From NCBI GenBank assembly GCA_043228905.1, contig JBHGNT010000320.1:1-35158 (forward strand): DNA of 35,158 nucleotides, given 5' to 3'. The DNA comes from Azolla caroliniana (Eukaryota > Plantae > Polypodiophyta). A program made the position numbers and the translations under genes. Of this stretch, positions 9,385-23,269 are shown one piece after another. Under the pieces are notes generated by a model. That model worked only from the letters and a program-made list of their open reading frames with translations, did not search any database and was not told where the DNA came from. The stretch's first letter is position 1; each line of letters starts with the position of its first letter.

Positions 9385-12300
9385 TCAATCCTCTGGGAAA
9401 TACAAAGTCTTCTGGACACAAGCAAGATCTTGAGATGGCACGATGATGGACGTTGTAGGAGAGTCATTCTGATCCTTCAAGGTCTTACTACTGCTGCTAT
9501 TGCTTCGCCGCCTTTTTGCACACGGGCTCGGGGTCCGACCAATGACACCAACTTGAGATGATATTGGCTGAAGAGGCATCCTTTCATAAGACTCTGATTC
9601 ACTGCTCATTCCTCCCCTCTTGATCTTCTTTCGGTTGTCTTGCCCTTCGGCTCTATCTACCAACTCCATCTGCTCCTCTCGGAATGCACTAGACAATGGA
9701 TTGTACCTATGTTAGCTACATATTCATGATGTTCACATCAACTACAGAAATATCACAATGTGATGCACTGTGCAATGGATTGTATTGATGTTAGCTACAC
9801 ATTGATGAGGTTTAGGTAGCAGAGAAAAATAATAATAATGTGATACCATTGTTCACTACATAATGAGGTTGACACCAAACATCAGAAAATGACAGTGTGA
9901 TGTACTCATTATCCATGGCTGGTATCTACATTAGCTACAATGCTGACATCAAGTATCAGAAAATGATAATGCGATGCACTTAACACAGCTTGTCCTGTAT
10001 TAGCTACATATTGATGTTGATATCAAGCATCAGAGATGACAATGTGACTAGTCTTCTTGTGCATACCTTGCTGTTAAACCTTGACCAGTTGCTGGAGATA
10101 AGTCCCCTGCATGCTGGCATTGTGGAGATACACTGTGATTTGACAATATTAGATATATGGACAACCACCATATATATTGAATAAGTATATAAAGAACTTC
10201 CAACTTTCAATTATGTACCTTTTGGTCAAGTTGTCAAGCTGCTTTTCCAATCTAGCATGCCTCCTGCATCCAACAAAACCCAGAAATGTTAGTTATATTT
10301 TCTCCAACTCCAAACACATTATTAGATATGAGCATCATAATTATATTACTAAAGCTTGAACTAATACATGTACCTTATGAGAGAGTCGCAGAGATGGACA
10401 TAATTATCTAGATCACCACTCTGCTGTTCTGTATCTTTCGTAGCACCATTAACTGCAGTTGACGCCAATGATACATCCTTTCTTCCCAGCAGGCTACTTG
10501 TCGCCTGGTCACTATCATCGCCATCATTTGTCAGAGCTTCATAGAGAGCTAACAGCCTTGATTCAACCCTCACCCTATTTTCCGAGGAGCTTGCTTGGAT
10601 CATGGACAATGCGCTTCTTTCCCTCTTTCCACTTTCAGCTTGAACGAATATAAGATCTGCCTCCAGTTTTTGGCATAAGTTCTGAAGGTGCAATCTTTCT
10701 CTGTCAGCTGCTTCCAGTTTCTTCTGTAAATCTGTAGCAACCTCAACCTTTGATCTTAATGCACTGTTTTCTTCAATGCTTAATTTTATTTTCACATCCA
10801 TATCATGAAGTTCATGTTGTAGCTGGTGCTTATCATTCTCAAGCTGTTCCATAGCATTTCGTGCAGCACTTAACTCTGATATCAGATTAATCCTATCATC
10901 CTCAAGTTGTCCCATGGAAAGTCGGGCTGCATTTAGTTGTGATAGAAGATTAACCTTATCATCTTCAAGTCCCCTCATAGAATGCTGAGATGCATTTAAC
11001 TCTGATAAAAGAGTATTCTTATCACTCTCAACCTGTTCCATGCCACGTCTAGCTGCAGTTAAGTCTGATTGAAGGGTCATTATATCATGTGAAGCTTGGG
11101 AAGCTGCCTCTTTCCATTTCTCAAGCTCTATCTCAAATGACGTTTGCTTCTCTGTGGTGCCCTCAAGCTTTGATCTTAATTCAGAGTTTTCTTCTGTACT
11201 TAATTTAATTTTCACACCCATATCATGCAGCTCAAGCTGAAGCAACTGTTTTTCAACCTCAAGTTGTTCCATGCCATGTTGAGCTGCAGTTAACTCTGAC
11301 ATAAGTGTATCTTTATCATTCTCAAGTAGGTTCATGGCATGTTCAGCTGCATTTTTCTCTGACTGAATTATAGCCTTCTCATTCTCAAATTGGTTCATGG
11401 CATGTTGAGCTGTGGTTAACTGTGTTAGAAGAATAGTCTTATCACTCTCAAGCTGCTCCACAGTGAGTCGAGCTGCAGTTAAATCTGATAGAAGAGTAGC
11501 CGTATCATTTGCAAGTTGTCCCCGAGCTGCCTTCAATTCGGATTGAAGACTATCCTTATCATTCACAAGCAGTTCAACAGCTTTTTGAGCTTCAGTTAAG
11601 TCTGATTCGAGGGCTGTTTTATCATGAGAAGCTTGATGTGCTGCCTCTTTCCACTCCTCAAGTTCCATCTCAAGGGAAGCTTGCTTCTCTTTCAACGCAC
11701 ATACTTCTTTTCCCAAGGCACTCCCAAGCTCTTTACATTCCTCAAGCTTCATCTTGAGGAAAGTTTGCTCGTCTTTCAAATTGCCCACTACTTTTTCCAA
11801 TCTACAAATTTCATTGGCTGCAAATTCAAGTTTTGTATCTACATGTTCTTTGCTTGCATTCACAGCCTCCAAATTTGATTGAATACACAGCAGTTCTTCT
11901 TCCTTGTTCTTAATACAAAGTTGCATATTGTCAATAGCATCACATTTCTGTCTCAGTTCCAACCTCAGGCTGCATGCTTCCTTTGCTGCCGCCTCAGCTT
12001 TTGCCTTCCAATTTTGTACATCTGACATCATAAGGTGAGTAGATTCAACAGTAAGTTTTACCAATGCAAGTTCTTCAGCCAGGGCATTATTCTGGTCTAC
12101 CGCACTTTCTACTTTATCCATCCATGTAGTTAACTCTGTGTTTCTTTCTTCCTCGACGAGTTTTATCTGTTGCTTCAATTTTTCAGCAAGAAGAGAAGCC
12201 CTCTTTAGTTCTACACTCCAAACAGAGAAATCAGATCCCTCCGCAGAACTCCCCAGCTCATCATACATATCAATAGGAAGTGTATTGCCACACTGAAATT

Positions 12301-15300
12301 GGCCAAGATGCTTTAATGAATCTCGCAGTAGGAGCTGCATTTTTAATATAACTCCACGTGAAGCATTTTCCTTGTCTTTCTTCTCCTGAAGAATTCTTTG
12401 CAGATTTTCCGCCTTCATCATTACATCTGCCAGTTCTGTGTCTTTTTGTTGAATTGATGCTACCACTCCTACTTTCAATAGCATTAGCTCCTCATCGAGT
12501 TCCCTTGTGAAAGAAGTGGAAAGTGCTTGAGTGTCACCATGTTTGTCCTGACACATGGAATTCTTTTCAAGTTCTTGACGGATCGAGTGTATCGCTGACA
12601 AGGTGTGCTGTTGATATGCTTCAATTATCAATTTCCATCTGCCACCGAGCTGACTTATTTCCTGCCTTGAAGCTGCAATTTGTAAATGAAACTGTGAAAT
12701 ATCACTCTGCCACTGTGAGACATGAAGCTCAGCAAACCCTATTGGATGACTTGAAGTCATAGCCATTTTCACTTCCTTCTCAAGCTCAAGCTGTGAACTC
12801 AGGATTTTCTCGACCCATTCTGTGCATTCTACCTCCCGTTTTTTATGATATTGTATCTCATTTACCAGCTCTTGAATCTGTCCTTCCTTTTCAAGTAGCT
12901 TCAACAGAGCATCCTTTGTCTTTTGAAGAATAATATCTTCTCTATCTCTCCTCCTATGTTGTTCTAATTGCAGTTCCTTCACTGCCATCTGTAATTCTTG
13001 AAGTAGAGAGGTTCCTTTAAACTTTTGTTTGTCTTCATATACCACTGGTTGCAGCTGTCTGGGGTCACAGACAACCATTTCTGCAACCTCCAAGTTCTTA
13101 TCGTTTGGTTCAACAGCACTACCCGTATGGCATAAATCCATATCCTCTAAATCTAGCATAGTTTTCAACGCACAAAGCCCTTCATCTTTATTCAACAGAA
13201 ATTGCATATCTTTCATGGTGCTGATTAGAGCCACCACCTGAGCCTCCACAGAAGACTCATTTCTGTAATAAGCCTCTAGCTCAGAATTCAACTCATCTAC
13301 TGCAGACTTCCATTCTGCATTTGATATTTCAAACATATTCTGCTTTTCCTGAAGTTCCCCTTCTAGGCGTGCTCTCAAAGATACAATCGTACCCTCTAAT
13401 TCTGCCTGCATTCGCTCCATCTTCCCTTCCAAAGTTTGACAATTTTCTTCAGCAGTTCTCAACCTAACTAAAGCTTCACAGAGCGCTTCATTTTTATTGT
13501 GTATTTCTTCTCTTGCCTTTATCAAATCAATTTCTGCATTGCTTAATAGTTGTCTTGCAAGATTTAAGTCAGCCTCTTTGCCGTGCATACTTCTAAAAGA
13601 GTTTTCCAACTCCTCTAGAAGCTTATTAATGTGATTTTCTCTTTCATGAAGCACCATTTGCATGTTTTTCTCTGTTTGTTTAAGTTGTTCTATCTCTTCT
13701 GTTTTTGCAGATGTTTCAGTGGTCATTGTGTGAACTTTGCTTGTGAGCATTGCAGTTTGTTCTTGCATACTCTCGAAATGCATCTGCATGTCTTGAAGTT
13801 GAGCTTCAACAAGAGAACATTTTTCAGTTAATATTCTCTCCTTGTCCATGTGGCACTTTAGTTCCATATCTTTCTCATCAGTCAGCATTTTCTGTTCCTT
13901 GAACTGTTCTTGCAAAAGGTCAAAACTATGCTGCAAATCCTTAAGAGCACCTTCCTTTGCAGATGTTACTTGAGACAATGCAGCCCTTTTCTCCTTTTCA
14001 GATGTCACCTCATGTAGGGAAGCAAGGAGATCTGCTTCAAGTTTCAGCAGGTTGGAGGAGGTAGACAGTGATTCTTCACGTGCTTCAACTAAGCTAGCCT
14101 CTAGTTTCTGAACCTTCTCTGTGCCTATCTTATCAGATTCGGCCAGCTTTCTTTCAACCTCTTTTAAAATCTGTGTTGTTGATCTTTCATTACATTGTGC
14201 TTTTTCCAGATCGTGAAGCAGCAGTTTGCATTTGGACTGCTCGTCTTCTAGTAATTGAGAGCAGTTTGTGAGCTGTGACTTTAAGCTCTGGATGGCACCT
14301 TCCATCATGTGCTCTTTCTCTAGCTTTTGATTTATTTGTTCCTCAGCAAACGACAATTCTCCTATCTTAGCTTCCAGTGCAATGCCGATTCGTTCAATTT
14401 CAGCCACCAGTGTTTCTCGTTCTACTTTCCATTGGGTTTCTTTTTCTTGCATTTTTTCAAAAGCTTGACTCAATTTATCAACCTCAGAATGCTTAGCAGA
14501 GTTTTTCTTTAGAAGTTTCTGCACATAACCATTGATTTCCGTGACTTCATTTTCTTTGGCCTTCAAATGGTTTTCCATATCCGACAACCGATTCTGAAGT
14601 AGCACTTCGTCTCTCTCTTTCTGAGCTAGACTATTTTTCGCCTTGGAAACTTCATTGGCAAGCTGTTGGACTGCCCATTCAGAAGCAATTAACCTTTCTT
14701 CCTTCTCCTGCAGGCACATGGTAGCCTCTACAACATTTTCCTCCAATTCCTTGACTTTCTCTTCATAACTGGCTATGCTATCTTGTGATGCCATAGAACT
14801 ATCCAACATTTTTTGTAAATTACCCAACTCTTCAATCTTCGATGCAATCATAATATCCTTTTCTTCAACAACTCTGAAAAGCCTCTCTGCATTACTTTTC
14901 TCATTATCAAGCTCTAATGAAAGCATATCTGCCTTCTCCTGCAAGGCTTTAACAGATTGCTTAAATATTCCATTTTCTTCTAGCAGGGCTCCCTTTGTTG
15001 TACTGAGCTCATTAATAGTGGATTCTTTGTCTTCTAATGAAATCAATAACTCCTTGATTTCCTCTTCCTTCTTGTGCATCAATTCAACGGTCTGCTGAAG
15101 TTTCTGATCAGACACCACAATGCATTCTCTCAACTCTTTCGTCTGCACTTCAATTTTATCTTTAGCAAGTCTTAACTCTTCAGTGGTGGCAAGAAGCTCT
15201 GTCTCCATTGAATCCTTTCTTTCAGTGATGCTGGAAATCTCTAGCGTCTTTTCAGAGAGAACTCTATTTATGTGAATCATGTTCTGCTCCATGTCTTCAA

Positions 15301-17266
15301 TTTTCTGCTGATACATACGCACATTTTCCTTCAAAGATTCTGTCTGAAAACTGAGCTTCTCACTTTCTTTAGCATTTAAAAGCATCTCTGATTCCAGTGC
15401 TCCCATCTTCTCTTTTGCCTGTGTAAGAATACATTCTTTTTCCTGTAATACTGCCGTAAGAGCAGAAGAGGTGAAGGAGAGCTTGGCTTCCAAATCTTTG
15501 AAGTCGCGGTTCCTCAACTCAAGCAGAGCATTCATTTCATCTAGTTGCCTAAGAGATTGGGCATTCTGCTCATCACTTGTTGCAAGTTTCTGTTCAAGAC
15601 GTTCATAGCTAGATTTCAAGGTATGGAATGCAGACGAGGTAGTCTGCAGACTACATTCCTTATCAGCAAGTTTTTCCTCAATCATCTCTATCTGAGAAAG
15701 AAAATTGTCCCTTTCCATCATCCAGCTACTTTCTTTCTCAGACCATTGCAATAATGACTTCTGGTGAAGTTCACGTAGTTCAGCATATTGTATGGATGCT
15801 TCTCTTAAATCATGAGACTGTAAGTTCTGTTGCATCAGCATCGACTTTTCCTCTTCTAGCCCAACAAGGGTATCCATAACCTGTTCCATTTCAGCTTTTA
15901 ATTCTGTTCTTGCGACTTGCGTTTTCTCAAGAGCCACGTGTGTCCTTTCCAATTCAGCTTTCACTTCCGCCAACCTGCTTTCTGCTGCATTTTTTAATTC
16001 CAAATTCCTATCCAGCTCAGCTGCAAGATTCTCGGTGTTTCTATTGTACTCCTCTTGCAAGGTCTTTAACTGATACCTGGAGTTCTCTTGAGATAAAGAC
16101 ATGGCCGATATTTCCTCTTCTTTCTTTTCCAACAAATCTTCACAAGAGGCATGCATCAGCTGGACATCTTTCAAAGATGCTATATCTGCAGCCATTGTCA
16201 TGATCTGCCCTTGATGTTGCACAATTTCATGGCGTAAAGCTTCTATCTCTCTTGTTTTCACATCCAGGAGTTCTGATGAGAAACGTACATCATTCTCTTT
16301 TGATTTCTCTAGTGATTCAATGGTGGATTCTGCAGCTTTCAGTTGCAAGTAAGTTTGTTGCATCTCTGTTTTGAGGTTGGAGACTTCACTTATAAGAGAA
16401 GACTTGGACTCTGTCATATGCTTCATTGCATCTTCAGCAAATGAAAGTTTATCCTTGAGTTGTTGCACATAATCTTCCTTTAAACTTAGATCATCATGCA
16501 AATTACTTAAATTTCTGACAATTTCCTCTCTTTCATTCTTCCAACTCATCTCTTGTTGGGTGAACCGTTCTATGTCCCTTTTCCTAAGGTTTTCCAGAGA
16601 TGTAAACTTTTTCTGCTCTTGATCCAGCATATTCCTGAGGTCATCTACAATTGACTTAAATTCTTGAAGCTCTTGAATCACAGAATCCATCTCATTATGT
16701 TCTTTATCTATGTGAGCTCTTTGGGCTTTCAAATTCATGATCATCTTGTCCTTCTCCAGTAATGAATCTTTCAATGCTGATGTTTCTTTTGAAATCTTCT
16801 CCTGAAGAGCAAACTCTGCTTCTGTGAGCCTATCAACAAGTTGTTGCATCTCCATTTCCCTTTTAGAAGCGTTTTCAACAAGTTTGTCCTTGGATTTTGT
16901 CAGGTGTTCCACAGCACATTCAGCCCTCGAAAGCTTTTCTGTAAGCCCTTTTGCTTTCTCTGTCACCTCATTTAGATTGTTTTCACAGCTGGCCAAAAGA
17001 TTCAGAAGTTCATCTTTCTCATTCTTCCAGGCCATCTCCTCTGACTTGAGAGTCTGCGAAATTCTTTTGTTGAGCTCTTCTAATGCTTTCACTTTATCCT
17101 GGGATCGATCTAAATCTTGCAAGAGCATCCTTTTGGATTCATTATTAATGTGATGGTGTTCCTCTCCAAGAGGAATAAATCCTCCTTCCACATCCATATG
17201 CTCCCTGTTCTCCATAGCAGCAGTGCAGGTAGTTTCACAGCAAAGGTTTTCGGCTTCAGAATCCAT
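9385..17266 (-). CDS. Very large coiled-coil protein (about 2,441 aa) with a basic, D-box-like C-terminal tail; function unassigned
   Basis: Inferred exons 17266-10374, 10263-10219, 10132-10067 and 9706-9385 have GT-AG introns and consistent phase (7,326 nt in total). The uninterrupted 6.9-kb E/K/L/Q-rich heptad ORF is joined to the 9385-9696 ORF, which contains RKKIKR, RMPLQPISS and KRRR. The start ATG at 17266 is the first in-frame ATG, so upstream coding exons cannot be excluded. Confidence 0.88.
9710..10050. repeat. Degenerate intronic tandem repeat (about 5 copies, 60-80 bp)
   Basis: Variants of TTAGCTACATATTGATGTTGACATCAAGCATCAGAAAATGACAATGTGATGCACT recur through the last intron of the coiled-coil gene. 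Confidence 0.7.
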
Positions 17267-18566
17267 AACCTTATTTCTCACAGCAGATCAAGAATTCACA
17301 ACCCAGAATATACAGTGTCACTATGGGAGAATCTGCAATTTTATGAACAATGCCACAAAAACGTCAACAGCTTGCATGTTTTCTTTTCCGACTCTCCCAA
17401 GAAACAGATTTTAACAACTCAGAAAGAGATTTAAAATTAACAACTAAACCCCAAGGTAGAAGCATCTTGTTCCATCATTAGACGGAGAACATACCTTTCC
17501 AGAAACAGCGGTCCAGTTCAATGATCTTGCACATAGATATGCTGGGAAACTTTGTTGCTAAAACTACTCCTTTCTCTAGGTGCATGAACTGACATGTCCC
17601 AGAATGCACACATGAGGTTCGAAATGAACACCAGCTTCCATATTTCCTGCATGAAAACAAGTGATACTTTTGGTCTCTGTTAAGAGCTAGGACTCTTCTT
17701 CTGGAATGGTGGCTATGAAAGGCCCATTGCAATATCAAACAGAAAGTTATATTTTCTTTCAAACTTTCCCTCCAAACACATCTTAACACGTTCACAAGAG
17801 AGATGTTGCTGAAGGCCAAAATTATGTCAAAAAACCCACACAACAGCACAGAACACTCACAATTTCCTTAGAACCATCACCGCACCCCCTCACATGCTAC
17901 ACGTCAATCATGTGCTACAGAACTAGAGTCTCAACCACAACATTTCAAACGGGGTTACAATAAATTGGGCAATAGCAATTATGTTATATACATAAGCCAT
18001 TTTCATCTGAGACCACAGTCCTACCACACGTTTTATTGACAGATCTAGACCATTATCATCTGACAACTAAGATGCTTGCTTTGGAGGACTCTCTATCATG
18101 GATCAACTCATGTGTCTCGATCCATCTAACGTAACAGTGTTATATTCTTAGCTAACGAGCATATTTGGTATCATATGCAGTTTTACTACTTAACATATAT
18201 TTATTTTAGTTTGTTCTCTGAGACAGGACAATGGTTTCAGCTGTATCTCGCCTTCGATCTCACAAGTCATTTTGTATCTTAAGAGGTGCTAGCATTTCTT
18301 CCTTTCTCCAAAAAGCAATCAACACACCAGGACAGAGATTTGTATACTACCTCTCCAAATACACATCATCCAAACCCTAAAGCGGAATTGATTTATTCTA
18401 ACATCAGTAAATCGTAAATTCGTTTGTCTGAGGACATAAATCTGAAAGCAGACACCCTCAAATGAGAATGTCTACGGCCATGATGCACGAAGAGTCATAA
18501 CCAAAACAATTCAGTCAATTCACTGCATCACAAAAGACGCTCAAATTGAAAGATCTGAAGATGTAC

Positions 18567-18939
18567 CTGTATGAAGTAGTGTCTATCTTCTGCCTTCCTC
18601 TCTCTTCTTTTGCCTTTGTGTCTCTGTCTTTGCATTTATGTATGGCTTAAAATAATTTTGCTTCAGGAAACGTCTCCTCTATTCTCCTTCTTTTCCTCTT
18701 TCTGTCTTTCTGCAAATCCCAATCCTTAACTTATTCCAGGAAATAACCTCTTTACGGTAGATCATTGAGGAAAAGGCTTGAAATGGAAGACGTGAGCAGG
18801 AGTGGAGAAGAAGGCAATTATTTCCTTCTTCTTCTTCTTCTTCTTCTTCTTCTTCTTTTACCTCCGTTTTCGGCCTCTGCAATTCTGCAGAATTCCCAGC
18901 GAGTGGCTTCAGAAAAAAAAAAACGTCCGCGTTCTGCAG

Positions 18940-18983
<44 letters not shown>

Positions 18984-19200
18984 AGACCAATTTCTGCAAT
19001 ACTCTAGGAGCTAAAAGGGATGGCATGGAAAGAGAGAGAGAGAGAGAGAGAGAGAGCTAAAGATCAGGGGAGCGTACCTGTCTCTATTCCCCCCTGCGTC
19101 TGCGTCTCTCTGTCTGCGTCTTCGTCTTCGTCTTCGCGGCTCGGTCGATCGTCGATCGTCGATCGTCTGCGTTCTCTGTGTGTTTTTCTGAGTGTTTGAA
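18567..19200 (-). promoter_or_regulatory. Probable 5' UTR exons and TSS region of the coiled-coil gene, with (CTT)n, (CT)n and (AG)n microsatellites
   Basis: Minus-strand donor-like sites CAG|GTACGC (about 19077) and CAG|GTACAT (about 18566), a CpG-richer segment at 19070-19220, and GA/CT tracts typical of plant 5' UTRs. Confidence 0.5.
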
Positions 19201-19471
19201 GGCGCGAATTTGAGCGGATTTGAAAATTTGTTGGGGGCCAAAAGTGAAGCGATGAAATTATGTAATGAATGTATGATGAATGAATAAAGGCTTCTTCTTC
19301 TTCTTCTTCCTTCTTCTTCCTTCTCTCTATATGTGTTAGTTAACACTCTTGGGGGCCACAATTGTATGACCATTGGGGGGAGGGCTTTTATCAGGTCAGG
19401 TCTGCTCTTCTAAGTTCTCAGTCCTTCTTCACCCTAGCTATTGTTTGCTCGGAAATGAATGGCCACGGCCC

Positions 19472-19790
19472 ACGAGCTCAACCCTGATTATCGAAACAAC
19501 CGACTGAATAACCTTCTTTTTTTTGTATTGGGTGCTCTGATATGTGCGTCTCTTTGTTGCCAGGGTCTTTTCTCTTACCTTTGCCCGGTGCTGGTCAGAA
19601 ATCAATGACACGAGTTCGATCCTAATGGAAAGAAACAATGGAACCAAATAGCCTTTTTTTGTATCGGGTGGTCCGAGATGTATCGTCTGTTATTGTCGGT
19701 TTTTTCTTTACCTTGGACGTTTGTTGGTCATAAATGAACAACACAAGTCCAGTCCTAATGAGGGAAAAAAACTTGGTTACTTTGAGAATC
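19472..19790. repeat. Degenerate tandem repeat, about 135-bp unit, about 2.3 copies
   Basis: CACGAG...CCT(G/A)AT...GAAACAA...TTTTTTTGTAT.GGGTG...CTTACCTT...TGGTCA.AAAT recurs at about 19472, 19609 and 19742. Confidence 0.6.
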
Positions 19791-20519
19791 GAGCATCTAA
19801 ACCTCGCACGACAAAAAAGAATTCCCAATTTTTTAACTAAACGCTTATGTTCTAAGCATATTTGATAGTTTAAATGGATGGATAATTCTATCTAATATGC
19901 TCCCTGAGAGCAAGAAAATACTCTTAAAACCAACTTCCCAAACTTTTCGTTGCAAGAGTGCAATATTCTAGAGAGGGGGAGTATGTTATATAAGCATAAC
20001 CATAATCATAAGTCTCTAACCTTAGGGTTAACTGTAGGTTAATTCATAAGGAATGAAGGTAATGATTGAGTTATTCTTAATCTTCTCGTGGGAGATAATG
20101 TTAGAGTGTTTCATTTGTTCACCGCTTATAATGAAGTAGTCAAGTGTGAAATAGAAAAGGGCCTAGAGTTTGAGCCTATATAAGAAGGCCATCTACCTTG
20201 ATGATGGGAATAATCTTTATTATTTTTAATAGATACTCTAATAGTGTTGCAAAACTTTAACGTCATACACGTGATCCTCCTCCTTCTTCAACCCCAATGT
20301 ACAGTCCATGTCTGAACTCGGTGGTATGGGACATCGACATTGTTTCACAATATGAAAAGAAGGGTCATGTGAGAGGCTTGAATCCATAACCTCGCATATC
20401 AACAAATAAGTATGAATCATTCAGATAAACCTTTTACAATTTATTATCAATTTTCATCATTATGATTATAATATCTAATTGCTAATTTCTCATCTCATAT
20501 TTGGGTGTTATACTCTAGG

Positions 20520-21372
20520 CCAATTGATGATTTGCAATGGGATCCATCGGATTATGGTTGGAAATTGTCCATGTTTGACTCTTCGACTAAGGTCCTCCCT
20601 TTCTTCACATATTCGGTGGCATTTGGGAGGAATTTTATGTTGAATTAGACCGACTTGATATTTGTTGGAAAAAAGTATTACGAGGAAGGTAATGTCTCCT
20701 CTTCACATATGGTGATGTTTTGGAAACAATTTTGGTCAATTAAATGCATGAATAAGATATTGCATTTTCAGTGGTTGATGATTCATTATGCATTGCCAAT
20801 AGGTGATTTGCCGAGGAGGTCGGTGAGTAATCGGTCATGTGCGGCAAAAAGTTTTTGGTGTCGAATTCTTAGACTTCTAGGTCGTAAGTATAGGTCGACT
20901 ATTTTCACATGGGGTGCAGTTTTTTGGGGAATGTTGGATCAACAAAGAGTTTTTTATCATTATCATCATTCTTCCTTGTCTTTGCATGTAAGAAGTTTTC
21001 AGGTATATTCTACTTCAAGCTCCTTACAGGGGATCAAGTTCTTCTCGTGGAGTTATGTTTGGCAGATTGTCTCCTCGTTGGCTTTATGGGTTTTTTGGAA
21101 AGCTAGGTGTTCCAAGTTATACAATGATGAAAACACTCACGTTGTAGATTAGGTAAAGTCTTTTATGGAACTTATTGGTACATATGGTTAAAGGTGATTA
21201 TGACAGTTATAAGGGTTCTAGAAATATGACTATTCGAAAAAGATGGAGAATTCGCCAAGTTTGGTCAACTATTCCTATAATGTTAGATGCAGGTGTTGAG
21301 GTCAGGTGGAATTACGTACCACCTCGATGGTTGTTCCTACCACCGGCACCATTCTTACTACAAACAACATGA
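20520..21372 (+). mobile_element. Degenerate L1-like LINE 3' fragment (zf-RVT region)
   Basis: FWKQFWSIKCMNKILHFQWLMIHYALPIG...AKSFW...WQIVSSLALWVFWKARC matches the plant LINE C-terminal W-rich/zf-RVT pattern; the central CxxC...H part appears deleted. Confidence 0.75.
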
Positions 21373-23269
21373 GTTAACATGGACGAGGTGGTTGCGGCAT
21401 GTAGGAAGGCTCTTGGAATGTACAAGGTGGTGGGGGCTGAAGCAGAGTATTATGATAAAGTAGGAATTTTTTTGACTTAAATTTTGGTTGTCAGTACAGG
21501 ATTTTTGCGGGAGTCGATAGAAATCCTGAGATAATCGGAGATAGCGAGATGGTGGACGTGGACATGATGAAGCTGGTTTTCTGTTTTTGTGAGCAGGATG
21601 AGTATGTTGGTGTGGGGGACGAAGCTAACAAGTGAAGTAGATCTTGAGGGGATGAGAAACACACGAGACTCTTTTTGTTGTTATTTTTATAGGACTTTGG
21701 TGGTAAGAAACGAGATGGTTGATGCAGACCGACCGAAGCAGATTTTTGTTTTGTGATAAGGTTGAGTGAAGATGGTGGGGGATCGAACCATATATTCTTG
21801 TTGAGGTGAAGAGGACATAGATCATCTTGTTCTAGGGAGATTCATTGCAAGTACATTTTCAATGTTAGTGGAGATGAAGGACATGCTCGTTTCGATATGG
21901 GAGATGATAGATGGGCTATCCAAGGCGGCCCATCACGTTTTATCCCAAGCGGCAGATGCATCATGGACTATTTTCGTGTCTTCATCTGTTGCAGCTGAAG
22001 AAGATATTGTCGTATAAAACATTTGACAAATAGCAACAACCTTACCACCATGATATGTATTCTCTTGGACTGTAGGAATTTGGTTATATGTTGAGTATGG
22101 ATAGATCGAAGAGCTTTTTTATATGCAGAATCACATTAAGCCAATGTTGGTTGCAACATGAAAGGTTTTTAGAGGCCATAACAAGGGCCAATTGAAGATG
22201 GGTTTCACACACTTTGTACTACAGATATGGTCTCCTGGAATCCTAGCTTGTTGTAGCAAAGGTGGTGTTGGCAAATGCCGAGTCTTGCCAAATGCCATCG
22301 TTGATAGTTAGTTCTTTTTTTGATGATATATATTATGGAGTGGAAACTATTATGTACAATTTGTGCATTGCCTTTGGCATTATTAATTTTAATACCAATG
22401 GAGCATATTTTTTATCGGAAAAAGAAAACATTGCATGCATGATGACTTTGATGAAGAACATGGTTGTCATGCATCACACATCAACATATGTGCACCAAGT
22501 AGCAATCCCACATCACATTCATCACGTGCACTCACACATCACATGCGCCCTTACTCGAACACCTATTTAAAGAAAAGGAATATCAACATCTAAGCCCCAT
22601 CTAGGCATCAAGAAAAATACATTCATCTAATAATTAATCAATCGAGATATAGGTTGTCAACAATGGTTTTTCAACTCTCAAGATCAAAGCCAAGGGTTCA
22701 AGTTGGAGTTTGATAGAGATAATTTATGTATCTTTGATCCTACACTATATTGGTATCTTATTTGTACTTGTCTTGCTCTCTTCTTTTACACTTTCCTTGT
22801 TTATGACCCCAATGGTTTAACACATCGATCACAAACTCCATGACAATGAGGGATTTGGATCTATCTCACACATTTGTTAGGGGGTGATTGGGTGGTCTAG
22901 CACCCTTCATTCCTTTTTTTCTCTTGAATTGTTCTTAACATTAATTTAGATTCTTACAACATCGAGTTGAGAATAGGGGTTCTACTATTATATCATCAAT
23001 CGTATTCCACCCACTCTTGACACATTGTCCAAGAAAGGAAGTTGATTCACTTAATGGCGATGACTTGTTAGTTCAACATGTTGCAATGGCACATGCAAAA
23101 AAAATACATTAGTGGGTTCAAAAGCTATTTGATGATCATAATCCTCAAGTTGAGTTTCCCTAAACTCCAACCAATTGTTTATAAAAACAAAGAAGAATAG
23201 AGGCGCAACAAACAACCTTTGGCCACATTGCTAACACATATATGGTACTCAACATCATACGCTCTATAA

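Noticed and set aside
10459-17434. Many short plus-strand ORFs opposite the giant exon
   Set aside because: These are antisense shadow ORFs of a long coding exon, with no recognisable motifs.
17495-17645. Possible extra minus-strand exon upstream of the coiled-coil ORF
   Set aside because: Splice-like sites exist, but I could not join it in frame to the main ORF. At best it is a UTR exon and needs RNA-seq.
18679-19373. ORFs with poly-E, poly-R, poly-F, ER or SL runs
   Set aside because: They are translations of microsatellites in the UTR/promoter region.
19970-20460. Possible LTR remnant after a PPT-like GAGAGGGGGAG, with an internal TATA-like motif
   Set aside because: No partner LTR, PBS or TSD could be identified, so the support is too weak.
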